Positions 49,532 through 60,067 of a stretch of DNA of 64,000 nucleotides are shown here, piece after piece; within the stretch, counting starts at the first letter, position 1, and every line of letters starts with the position of its first letter. The translations under genes and the position numbers were made by a program. This DNA is from an uncultured Planctomycetota bacterium (GTDB lineage: Bacteria > Planctomycetota > Planctomycetia > Gemmatales > Gemmataceae). The notes beneath the pieces are model-generated. The model was not told the origin of the DNA. It did not search any database and saw only the letters and a list, made by a program, of their open reading frames with translations. The DNA is taken from positions 544,001 through 608,000 of the forward strand of contig CAWKHF010000005.1 of NCBI GenBank assembly GCA_963849325.1, given 5' to 3'.

Positions 49532-51297
49532 ATGGAAGATCAGGCTCCCCAGGTCCGCTCCGTCGGGGCTTTGCTCCCCTCTCCCCCGCTTCGGGGGAGA
49601 GGGGTAGGGGGTGAGGGGGAGACGCCGCCCCCTCACCCCCTACCCCTCTCCCCCGAAGCGGGGGAGAGGGGAGAGATGCCGGCGAACCTGCCGCGCTCCC
49701 TGGCCGCCTGGCTGCCCTTCCTGTGGTCGCGCGTACTCTTTCCGGGCGGTGCCTGTTCCGGGGTCGAACGCTGTCGTCTGTCGTCGCTGCTGGTGCTGCT
49801 GCTGGTGCCGGCGGCGCTGCTCTATCCGTGCTTGTCGTTCCACCTGTTCGAGCCGGACGAGAGCCGCTACGCCGAAATTCCCCGCGAGATGCTTCAGCGC
49901 GGCGAGTGGGTGGTGCCGTATCTCCAGGGCGAACCGTATCTCGATAAACCGCCGCTCCTGTACTGGCTGATCGAGGCCAGTTACGCCGTGTTCGGCGTCA
50001 AGGTGTGGGCGGCGCGGTTGGTGCCGGCATTGGCCGTACACGGCTGCATCCTGCTCGTGTACCTGCTCGGCCGGCGCAGTCTCGGCGAACGAGCGGCGTT
50101 CTGGGGCGCCCTGGGCCTGGGCCTGGCGCCGGGCTTCCTGAGCATGGGGCGCCTGTTGTTGATGGACAGCCTGCTGACGCTGTGGACGACGCTGGCCTTG
50201 CTCAGCGCCTTCGAGTCCGTGCGCGGCGGCCGGCTGCGCTGGGGCTGGTGGCTGCTGGCGTCGCTGGCCTGCGGCCTTGGCGTGCTCACCAAGGGTCCGG
50301 TGGCCCTTGTATTGCTCTTGCCGCCGTTGGCATTGCAACGATGGCTGACCGGCACGACCTGCCGCGTCGGTCGGGCCGGGGCGTTCGTCTTCGTCCTCGT
50401 CCTCGCGGCGGTGACCCTGCCCTGGTACGCGGCCATGACGATGCGCGTGCCGGCCTTTGCCGGTGATTTCTTGTGGGAGCACAACGTCCGTCGTTTCCTG
50501 GCCCCGTTCGCGCACGAGCACGGCCTCTGGTTCTATGGCCCGGTCCTGCTCGCCGGCTTGCTGCCGGGTACGCTGCTGCTGCTGCCCTTTCTGCGATTCC
50601 TGCTCAGCAGCGCCCCCGACCGTGCCGGACGGCGTACCGCCGAACTGAGCTTCGTACTGCTGGCCGGCGGATGGTGCGTGTTCTTCTTCACGCTGTCGCA
50701 GTGCAAGCTGCCGACGTACATCATGCCGGCATTTCCGCTTCTGGCCCTCGCCCTGGGCCATTTCCTGGTCCACAGCCGCTGGCAGGCATCGCGTCTGCCC
50801 CGGATCACAGCCGCCGTCACCTTCACCGTCCTGGCCGCAGTCCATCATCTCGCATGTCCCTGGTACGCCGCCTATCGTTCGCCGGTCGGGCGACCCGAGG
50901 AGGTTCGCCGCCTGTGCGCCGATCCGACGATTACCGTTGTCTGCTATCCGCGCAACTGCGACTCGGCGGCTTTCTACCTTGGCCGCGACGACCTGCGCAG
51001 TTATCGCAGCAAGAGCATCGAGGAGCTGCGCACCCTGGTCCGCGTCCGGCCGCGCACGGTCATCCTGTGTACGCACCGTCATTCCCTCGGCGGACTGCGG
51101 CAGCTATTGCCGCCGGACGTGCGCATCGTGGACGAGGCCCACTTCGGCCTGCGCGATATTCGCGGGGTGCCGCCGCGCCTGATGAAGGTGCTCGTGCAGC
51201 TGATGGGCGAGACGGCCCTGGGCTTGTGCGACATCGCCGTGGTCGAACCGGGCTGGCGCCATCCGGCGCTATCCCAACAAGCCAACGTACCAATTAG
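49532..51297 (+). CDS. ArnT/PMT-family glycosyltransferase; 3' end uncertain (ORF reads on antisense to pilC)
   Basis: FEPDESRYAEIPREM, PYLQGEPYLDKPPL, GVLTKGPV and KLPTYIMP motifs. Confidence 0.88.
49574..49673. repeat. 100-bp palindrome (CCCTCACCCCCTACCCCTCTCCC type) inside the glycosyltransferase 5' region
   Basis: Perfect long inverted repeat, translated LPSPPLRGRGVGGEG..PPHPLPLSPEAGERGE. Confidence 0.9.
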
Positions 51298-52299
51298 CGA
51301 TCCGAAAAATCGCCACGATGATGATGAGGCCGACGAAGGCCCAGACCGCGTAGCCGGCCACGGCCGTCAGCGCCGTCAAACGCCGGCCCGATTCCTCATG
51401 GTAGTGCTCCGCCTGGTGGGCGAGGACCGCGTCCAGCGAACCGGATTCCTCGGCGACGGCGATCATGTGCTGAAAATCCAGCGGAAACAGGCCGCTACGG
51501 ACCAGCGTGGCCGTCAGTTCCTCGCCGCGCCGCAGGTCCATCTCGATCGCCTCGCTCCGTGCCGTGAAGGCCCGGTTGCCGCTCGCTTGCAGGCTCAGGC
51601 GCATGGCCTGGACGATCGACATGCCGGTCTCGGTCGTCAGGCGCAGCGCCACGCAAAACCGCGCCAGGGCCAGCGCGCGAAGACAGGGACCGATCCCCGG
51701 CAAGCCGAGCAGGAACGTGTCCAGCGCGGCGCTCTCGCGGAGACCGCGCCGCATCAGCGCATAGCGCCGGCCAGCCCGCACAGGAAGCCGAACACGATGC
51801 CGAGGAAGATCATCGCTCCGGACGCTCCGGCCAAGCCGATGCCCAACGGGTCCAGCGGTTTGGCTCCGGGTACCTGCGAGTCGGCGATTATCCCCATGAT
51901 GAAGATCAGCCCGGCCAGCACGAAGATGGCCAGCACGAACTGGAGAATCGGCCAGGTGCTGGCGGCGACAAACTGTCGCCAGAGCGTCCGCTGGCGAGCG
52001 TAATACTTCTCCAACTCGGCGAATACCTCGGGCAACATGCCGGTGTGTTCGCCCACGCGCGCCAGGGACAGAAACAACGGCGGGAAGAAGGCGTTTTCGC
52101 GCTGGAGGGCGTCTTCCAGGCTGTCGCCGCGGGCCAGGGCCGCGGCGATGCGGCCGGCCACCGGACGAACGCCGGCGGCGCCCTTGTCGGATTGGTGATG
52201 GAAGGCGGCGACGAGCGGCAAGCCCGCTCCGAGATAATGGCGCAGCACCCGGCACAACTCGATCAGGTTGGACAGGGACAAGCGCGACGAGAAGAACAT
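51269..52299 (-). CDS. Type II secretion system F / PilC family protein (frameshift ~51760)
   Basis: GDSLEDAL....FPPLF..L..VGEHTGMLPEV; second repeat MIAVAEESGSLDAVL. Confidence 0.9.
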
Positions 52300-52344
52300 A
52301 CAACAGAGCAAGGCCGCTGGCGGCTTAGAGGCACTAACCAAATA

Positions 52345-52410
52345 GGCGAGCGGGGGGCGTAAGCCCCCTGTTGACGGCGAAAAACAGGGGGCTTACGCCC
52401 CCTGCTCGCC
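52345..52410. repeat. REP-like palindrome, family E
   Basis: GGCGAGCGGGGGGCGTAAGCCCCCTGTT...AACAGGGGGCTTACGCCCCCTGCTCGCC. Confidence 0.85.
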
Positions 52411-52475
52411 AAAAAGTTACAGCTTCTTAGCGCCGGGACAACGCGAAGCCGCCAGCGGCTGGGAAAACCGTGCTC

Positions 52476-55400
52476 CTAGAGCAACGTCACATCTCCGGAG
52501 AAGAGGGGCAGCCCTCCTCCCATTCCGCCGGAAGATAGCACGCTCACGGCCTCCACGTAACCGAACAAGAGCGCGAACTGACCCAGAGACGTAGGCGTCA
52601 TGGGATCGTTAGCGATGGCGGTGGACAGCTGGCCGATCGTGGCGTTGAGCTGCGTGGCGTTCGAGGAGCCGAACAGGACCAGGAAGGAATCGAGCGTCAC
52701 CTCGAATTCCTCGATCATCAGGCCGAAGAACCCCGCGCTTTGCGGCGGCGTGGGCGTGGGCGTCGGTGTCGGCGTCGGGGTTGGAGTGGGCGTCGGCGTC
52801 GGAGTGGGCGTCGGCGTGGGCGTCGGGGTTGGCGTCGGCGTGGGCGTCGGCGTAGTGGCGTTAACGGTCCACGCAAAGGCGGTATTGCCCGTGACGCCTT
52901 GGTCCGAGGCGCTGACCTGGACGGCGTAGGTATTCGGCGGACCCAAGACGGTGCCCGTGATCTTGCCGGTGTTGGGGTCGATACTCAGGCCCGTCGGCAG
53001 GTTGGTGGCCGTCCAGTTCGACGCATTGGGGTCCGAACTCTGGATTTGCAGGGACACCGTGTCGCCGATGGAGTTGGTCTGCGGACCCGGGTCGGTCAGC
53101 GAGACGGTGGGCGTCGCGGTGACGGTGAAGGTCGCCGGAGCCGAGGTCGTGCCGCCCGGATTGGTCACGGTGACGTTGTACACCTGTTGGCTGGTCAGCA
53201 ACGACGCGGGAACCTGCACTGTCAGCTGGCTGCTGCTGAGGACGGTGGCCGGCCCCGGCAGAGCGGTGCCGTTGAAGTTCACCGTGGCGCCCGAGAGGAA
53301 GTTCGTGCCGTTGATGGTCAGCGTGAAGGACGGGCTGTTGACGGCGATCGAGTTGGGACTCAGGCTGGTGATCGTCAAGGCCACCGGCTGGAGTTCAAAG
53401 GCGCCGATGTCCACGATCGAGTTGCTGATGCGCACGAAGCCGGGGCCGCGCTGGTCGGTGGTCAGACCGCCGGGGATGAGGGTGTTGTCGCCATTGTTGA
53501 CGGCGATGCTGCCCGCGAAGAGAGCGTCGGTCGGCGTGTTGCCGCCGTTGTTCTGGAGCGGTCCCATGTTCAGCTGGCCGGCGGTGACGTTGGTAACGTC
53601 GGTGTTGATGAAACCGCTGGCGCTGCTGGGGGTGACGACGCTGAGGAGATTGTGACCCTGGCTGTTGAATTGGCCGGCCGCATCCGGCCCGATGGCGGCG
53701 GCGTTGAGGGCGATGATGTCGTTGCCGACGGTGTTGACGGTCGGACTGTTGGGGTTGGTGGAACCGAATCCGGCCGCGAAATAACCGCCACCGTTGGAGG
53801 TGCCGTTGGGGCCGGTGGCGCCGTCGGAGCCGTTGCCGGCATGGGAGCCGAAAAAGCCTCCCTGACCGAAAGCGGTGGCCTGGTTGTTGAGGATGGTGTC
53901 GTCGAGGAAGGTGGCGGTGCCGCTGTTGATGTAGACGCCGCCGCCCTCGACGGTGCCGCCGTTGCCGCCGCTGCCGCCGTTGTTTTTGGTGATCCCCGAC
54001 CCCGGGGGGATGCCAGCGTTGCCGCCGCGGCCGCCGTTGCCGGCGGTGACGGTGTTGCTTTCCAGGGTGGGATTGCTGGGATTGGGCGACAGTCCGCCGA
54101 TGGTGGTGTTGTAAACACTCAGCTTGGTATTGTCGCCGCCGAAGAGTCCGCCGCCCTCGCCGTTGCCGCCGTTGCCGCCGTTGCCGCCCGGCCCGCCGTT
54201 GCCGGTCGTGCCCGAACCGCCGATGCCGCCCGTGCCGCCCGCCGCCGTGTCGGCGGCGATGGCGGTGTCGAGGACCTGGAGGATGCTGGGCGATTTGGTG
54301 TTGAGGCTCTGGTTGTACAGGCCGCCGCCGGCACCCAGGCCGCCGGACCCGCCGGCGGCGGAGGCGCCCACGGTCGGACTGGTGGTGTTGGAAGAACCGG
54401 CGCCGCCGTTGCCGCCGACGCCGGCGGTGACGCTGTCGTTGAGCAGGTTCAGGCTGGTCGAGCTGGCTGGTATTGACGCTGCCGCTGGCATTGCCGGCCC
54501 ACAGAGCGAGGCCGCCGCCGACCGCCTCGCCGCCGCTGCCGCCGCTGCCGGCCAGGACGTTGTGGCCACCCGGCCCGGCGGCGTCGCCGCCGAGCCCGCC
54601 CAGGCCGGCGGTCAGCTGGTTCTTCGACATCGAGCCAGCGTTGAAGGTGAAATTCAGGGAGTAACCGAGGCTGTTGTTGAAGAAGACGCCGCCGCCCAGG
54701 GCGTTGCCGCCGTCGCCGCCGTTGCCGCCGACGCCGCCGTTGATGCTGAAGGTGCCGTTGGCGCCCGAGCCGGCGGCGCCGGCAACGCCCACGTTGTCGT
54801 CAATGTTCGTGTTACTGATCTGGGCGTTGCCGTTGTTCAAGCTGGCCCCGGCGCCATGCAGTCCGGTGGGAGCCAGGCCGCCGGCGGGGACCGTGCCGGC
54901 CGATCCGCCGTTGCCGCCGAGTCCGGCGGCCCCCACTCCGGCGTTACCCTCGGTCAGCGTGTTGGCGCTGATGTTGCTATTGGAGAGGACGTAGTTGAGC
55001 GGCACGGTCAAGTTGGTGGCCGGCTCGCCGACGGACAGGCCCCCGCCGTCGGCCGAACCGGGGTTGCCACCCTGGACGCCGTCGCCGCCAGCCCCACTTT
55101 TGGCCGTGTTGCCGGTCACCGGACTGTTGGTCAGGTTCAGGTTGAAATTCTCGCCGGACAGGCCGCCCCCGGAGACCAAACCGCCCTGCCCGCCCAGCGG
55201 ATTGGTGAACGTGGTGCCGACGACGGGGGGAAAGAGGGGAGGGCCGGAGCTACTTCCGGGACCGCTGGGGCTGAGGCCGCCATTACCGCCGATCGCGGTG
55301 TTGCCGGTGATCGGGCTATTGTTGATCGTCGCGCTGGCGGTGCCGATCGACGCCAGGTCGATGGCCCCGCCGAAGGCCGTGCCGCCGGCGCCGCCGGGAC

Positions 55401-57804
55401 CGCCTTGTTGGCCGTTGGCGCCGGTCGCCGTGTTGCTGCTGAACGCACTGGTATCAATGGACACGTTGGCGGTGCCCGACTGATCGAACACGGACAAGGC
55501 ACCTCCGCGGGCACCCTGACGTTGGTTGGGGTCTCCGACCAGGGCGGTGATTCCGGGGAAACCGTTGAGGGGTATTCCCGCGCTGTTGCCGCCCGCGCCG
55601 GCGGTAATGCCTTCGCCGCCCGAGGAGCCGGTCACCTGGTTGCCGCTGAAGGGACTGTTCGTGATGGTGATCGTTTGCGTCTGGCTGTTGCCGTTGTTCA
55701 TCTGAATGAAGTACGAAACGGCGCCGCCCCAGGCCGCTCCGCCATCACCGCCCGTACCGGAGAGGATGGTCGTGGTGGTCGGACCCACGAGCGAGCTAAT
55801 CGTGGGGCTGTACAGGACCTCGCCGGCATTGGTGACGTTGACGTTGATCGGCGGGTTGTTGTAGTTGCTGATGGCGCCGCCATTGCCGCCGACGCCGGAG
55901 ACGATCGAATCGCCCGTGAAGGTGTCGTTGAGGAGGGTGAGGTTTTGATTATTGCTGGTGGCGGCAATGGCGCCGCCGTAGACGGCCGTACCGTTGCCCC
56001 CCAAACCGCCCTCTCCCCAGGTCACGGGTGGGGTCTGCAAAAAGGGAGGATTGGTCCACACGACGGGAAAGACGCCGCCGGGGAGAGTGGGGACCGCTCC
56101 GCCGGCCCCGCCGGCCCCGCCCGCTCCGCCGGTCACGGTGTCGGCCGTGCCAGCCGCGGCCGTGCCGAAGGTGCTCGCCGACACGCTCAGGTTGCCGGCC
56201 AGATTGGCGATGGCGCCGCCCAGGGTGTAAGGGGCGGGCAAGGACGTGTTGGCGGGGAACAGGGTGATGGGGAAATCGGCGATGGGGACGGACGCCTGGG
56301 CCAGGGCCACCGACGTGAAGCTGTTGCCGCCATCGCCGCCGTCGCCAGGATGGCCAATGGGGTTGTCGGTGTTGGGCTGAGCGCCCAGTCCGGCCGCGCC
56401 GCCGGGACCGCCGTCGCCAGCGGGGAGAGAAACGGACGTATTATTGGTGAAGGTACTGCCGAAGACCGCCCCCACGGTCAAGTCGCCGCCCTGGTTCATG
56501 ACGGCGCCGCCCTCGGCGGTGCCGTCGTCGCCGCCGAAGCCGCCGTGGCCGCCGTCGCCGCCATGACCGCCCGGCGAGGTCGCATTGCCGCCATAGCCGC
56601 CCGCGCCGCCCGCGCCGCCGGCACCGGCGAGCGCCTGGTTGCCCGTGAACGTCATAGCGTCCAGGGTGAGCGATCCGCTCTCGGAGAACAAGCCGCCGCC
56701 GAAGGCGTCGCCGCCCACGCCGCCGTTGCCGCCCTTACCGCCGTTGCCGCCCGTGGGTCCACTGGCCGCGTCGCCGCCATCGCCGCCATTGCCGCCGTTG
56801 CCCCCGGCAGCTTGATTGCCCGAGACCGTAATCCGGCTTGTGGGCGTTCCCTGGAGGGTCAGGTTGCCGGCGTTGAAAATACCGCCTCCGGCACCCCAAC
56901 CGCCATTGGCGCCCGCTTGACCATCGGTCCCGTTGGCTCCCGTGTTCTGCGGCGGAAAACCATTGATGCCGCGGGCCCCGGGGATGGGAGTTTTGTTGCC
57001 GCCCTGGGCGACGTTGTTCGTGATCTGGCTGGCGTTGCCCTGACTGTCCAGCCCGACGGTCACGGTGCCGGACGTGTCGTTATAGATGCCGCCGCCCGCG
57101 CCCATGCCGGCCAGCCCGCCGTTGGCAAGACCCGTGGCGTACTCGCTAAGGCCCGTGGCCGTATTGCCCGTGATGGTGGTGCCGAGAAGGGTCAGTGTTT
57201 CGCCCTGGGCGTTGAAGATGCCGCCCCCAAGGCCGTTCGGCGCGCCGAACGCGCCAAAGACCGTGCCCTTGCTGACAACGTCGTCGAGAAGGGTCAGGGT
57301 GCCGCCATTGAAGATGTCGCCGCCCTGGTTGCCAAAGGGCTGGGTCTTGTCCACGGCGCCGTCGCCGCCGGTGATGGTCAGTCCGGAAATGCTCACCACC
57401 GCCGTGTTCGACTCGATGTTGAAGACGCGCGAAGAGACGCCAGCGACAGTCAGGACGTTGGCGCCCGGCCCGGTGATGGTCGTGCTGGCCGAGATTTCCA
57501 GCTCCTTGCCGAAGGAGAGGCTGATGGTGCCTTTCAGACTCGGAGCGAACGTGATAGTGCTGCCGGGGTTGAGGTCGGCCTGATTGACACAGTAACGCAG
57601 ATCGCCGGTCAGGCCCACACCCACACCCGGGCCGTTCGGGCCGCCGCCAGCGTCGGTCAGCACGTTGACGACATAGGTGTTCGCGGAAAACAAGGTCCGG
57701 TCTTCCAGGGTCTCCAGGAAGCACTTCCGATAGTACGTTTTCTTGTTCGAGCTGCTGGGACGGGTCGAGAGACGACCCCACTTCCGCCAAGAGAGGAGGG
57801 ACAT
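52476..57804 (-). CDS. ~1770-aa Gly-rich extracellular/surface protein: beta-helix repeats, choice-of-anchor Q-like, IPT/Ig domains, Pro-Thr linker (frameshift ~54465)
   Basis: Planctomycete export motif LETLEDRTL; GG.GG.GG.A.GG repeats; LQNNGG.TPT.AL and TDQRG...DIGAFE; LPTGLSIDPNTGKITG. Confidence 0.88.
52746..52857 (-). repeat. (Thr-Pro)n coding tandem repeat linker
   Basis: About 18 TP dipeptides, hexamer periodicity with synonymous variation. Confidence 0.9.
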
Positions 57805-58086
57805 GATGATTCTCGCGTGGATGACTCGTGATGCTGGATGAATGCCCGCTGGGGAGATGCGATTGCCCCTGGGGACCGGAGCAAACGATTGCTACCCTTC
57901 CGAGGGCTACTCCTGCGTGGTGTTCCGTGTTCCATCGGCAGGAGGAACGTTTCTGGTCCAGTCGGCCAACCAGATAACTTATAAAATTACAGATTGACTT
58001 ACGTGGATGCAAGAAGAATACGCGGAAAAGCTAAATTTTGTGCAAATACTCCTTCTTGACGGTGGCCAAATATGAACGAGCGTTCA

Positions 58087-58144
58087 CATCCGAGCCGGAA
58101 GCGTTAGCGAAGAAAGGTCTTCGCTAACGCTTCCGGCTCGGATG
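58087..58144. repeat. REP-like palindrome, family C, supplying the GH15 stop codon
   Basis: CATCCGAGCCGGAAGCGTTAGCGAAGA...TCTTCGCTAACGCTTCCGGCTCGGATG. Confidence 0.88.
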
Positions 58145-59968
58145 GCCCGAGTTCGACTTGGCCAGTGCCCGCACCGCCCGGACATACTCGATCTGCGAGA
58201 ACAGCAGCGGATGGTTGCCCAGGAAATCGCCGGAACGGGTGTCCAAGCCCTCGGCGAACAGACCGACGGGACCGGCGATTTGTTCGGCCCGGTCGAGGAT
58301 GGACTCGGCCTCTTTCTCGCGGCCCATCATGGCCAGGACCGTCACCAGCCAGAAGGTACAAGGAAGGAAGGCTCCCTCGAACTCGCCCAGCGGCAGCTGC
58401 TGCTTCTGCACGCCCGGCGTCAGCAGCGGGTCGAAGCGATACACGAAGCCGTCGATACTCAGCAACTCCATCACCTTCTCGACGGTGGACTTCACGCGCG
58501 GGTGGTCGATCGGTAGAAAGCCCACGATGGGGATGAGCAGGGCGGCGGCGTCGAGGTTGTCGCCCTCGTAGCGCTGGCGGAACGCCGCCAGGTGGTGATG
58601 GTCGCTCCAGCCGCGTTCCATGACCTCGGCGTGCAGCTCGTCGCGCACTGCGCGCCAACGCTCGGTCTTCTCGGCTTTGCCGAGTTTGTTGGCGATGCGG
58701 AGGGCGCGATCGAGCGCGACCCAGCCCAACACCTTGCCGCTGACATAATGCTGCTTGGCCGGCAGCTCCCAGATACTGTTGCTTTCGTCCTTCCAGTGCT
58801 CGGCAATGTAATCGGCGATGCGCTGCACCAGGTCCCAGAACTCCGGCCGCCAGTCGCCGCCGCCCTCCAGATACACGTGGATGCAGTCCACCAGGTAGCC
58901 CATCGAGCCGTGCTGGTCCTGCCGGTAGGCGCGGTTGCCGAGGCGCACCGGCTTCGAGCCGCGATAGCCTTCCACGTCCTTGCGCTCCTGCTGCGACAAT
59001 TTTTTCTCACCGTGGATGCCGTAGACGACTTGGAGGGGCGGTTCGTCGGACGACTGGAGCTTCGATAGCCATTCCAGATAATGCTGTGCCCCTTCCTTGT
59101 CGCCCAGCAAGGTGAGGATTTCGAGTGACAAAGACGTGTCACGAACCCAGGACAGGCGATAATCGGCGTTCCAATCGCCGCCGATCCGCTCCGGCAGCGA
59201 CGTGGTGACGGCGGCGACGTGCGAGCCGTTCGGCGCGTAGCCGAGCTGATGGACCAGGATCGCCGAGCGCCGCACCATCGTTTGGCGCGGCCCTTTGTAG
59301 GACAACCGGGCCGCCCATTGTTTCCAGTAGCGATCGGACTCCGCCATCGCCTCGGCGGCCTTTGGCTCATTCCAGTCCGCCGCCCGGTGTCCGCAGGCGA
59401 GCACGCACCAGAACTCCTCGCCCTCCTTCAACTCGAAGGCCGCCGCGACGCCGGACGGATGGACTCGGACGGGCCGGCTGGCCCACAACTCGATGTCGTG
59501 ATGGCCCGTCCGCAGCGAGACCGTATTCTCGGAGAGGGTCGTCGGTTCGACCGGCTTGAAATCGCAGGCGATGGCGAGTAGGAGGCGAGCAGGAGTCCGG
59601 CCTCGGACGCAGCGCAGCCGGCGCAGGACGGCATGGTGCTTTTCTCGGCCGGGTGGCCGCTGATCGGCCGGCCAGGCCATGACGTCCGTCAACTCCAGTC
59701 GGCCCTCGCGCAAGTCCCACTCGGTCCGCAACGACGTCGTGTCTTCCAGGTAGCTCTGCCGGCCGAGGTGCCGGCTGCCGGGTCCGAAGTGCCAGTATCC
59801 GCCTTTCTGGGCGTCGAGCAAGGCGCCAAAGAGGACGTTGCCATCGTAATCCGGCAGAGCGAACCAATCGATGGAGCCGTCGGCGGCGACCAACGCCGCC
59901 GTGCGACGGTCGCCGACGACGCCGTGATGCCGGATGGCGGCGTAGGGCACGGGGGGATGCGAATGCAT
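58124..59968 (-). CDS. Glycoside hydrolase family 15 (trehalase/glucoamylase-like)
   Basis: VGDRRTAALV..DGSIDW, TTSLPE.IGG.WN.DYR.SW.RD, EGAFLPCTFW and GNHPLLFS motifs. Confidence 0.92.
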   Translation of the reverse strand: MHSHPPVPYAAIRHHGVVGDRRTAALVAADGSIDWFALPDYDGNVLFGALLDAQKGGYWHFGPGSRHLGRQSYLEDTTSLRTEWDLREGRLELTDVMAWPADQRPPGREKHHAVLRRLRCVRGRTPARLLLAIACDFKPVEPTTLSENTVSLRTGHHDIELWASRPVRVHPSGVAAAFELKEGEEFWCVLACGHRAADWNEPKAAEAMAESDRYWKQWAARLSYKGPRQTMVRRSAILVHQLGYAPNGSHVAAVTTSLPERIGGDWNADYRLSWVRDTSLSLEILTLLGDKEGAQHYLEWLSKLQSSDEPPLQVVYGIHGEKKLSQQERKDVEGYRGSKPVRLGNRAYRQDQHGSMGYLVDCIHVYLEGGGDWRPEFWDLVQRIADYIAEHWKDESNSIWELPAKQHYVSGKVLGWVALDRALRIANKLGKAEKTERWRAVRDELHAEVMERGWSDHHHLAAFRQRYEGDNLDAAALLIPIVGFLPIDHPRVKSTVEKVMELLSIDGFVYRFDPLLTPGVQKQQLPLGEFEGAFLPCTFWLVTVLAMMGREKEAESILDRAEQIAGPVGLFAEGLDTRSGDFLGNHPLLFSQIEYVRAVRALAKSNSGHPSRKR

Positions 59969-59993
59969 GAGAGGGTCTCTCCACGAAGGAGGC

Positions 59994-60061
59994 ATGCTCA
60001 CCAGCCCGGAGCGTCCGCGACGGGTGAACACCCGTCGCGGACGCTCCGGGCTGGTGAGCAT
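59994..60061. repeat. REP-like palindrome, family B variant
   Basis: ATGCTCACCAGCCCGGAGCGTCCGCGACGGGTG...CACCCGTCGCGGACGCTCCGGGCTGGTGAGCAT. Confidence 0.9.
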
Positions 60062-60067
60062 CACCTT

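Noticed and set aside
51298-52003. Long C-terminal extension of the ArnT-like ORF 49358-52003
   Set aside because: It is antisense shadow of the pilC/gspF gene with no protein-like features. The real stop was probably lost by an indel.
52476-57804. Mycobacterial PE-PGRS protein
   Set aside because: There is no PE domain, and the protein has a planctomycete LETLEDR motif and Ig-like domains. The resemblance is only Gly-rich composition.
54124-57831. 1235-aa + strand ORF
   Set aside because: Antisense shadow of the Gly-rich surface protein; typical of high-GC codon bias.
58124-59968. GH15 gene as part of the GWD module
   Set aside because: It is about 19 kb away, on the opposite strand, in its own enolase/FAD-oxidoreductase operon.
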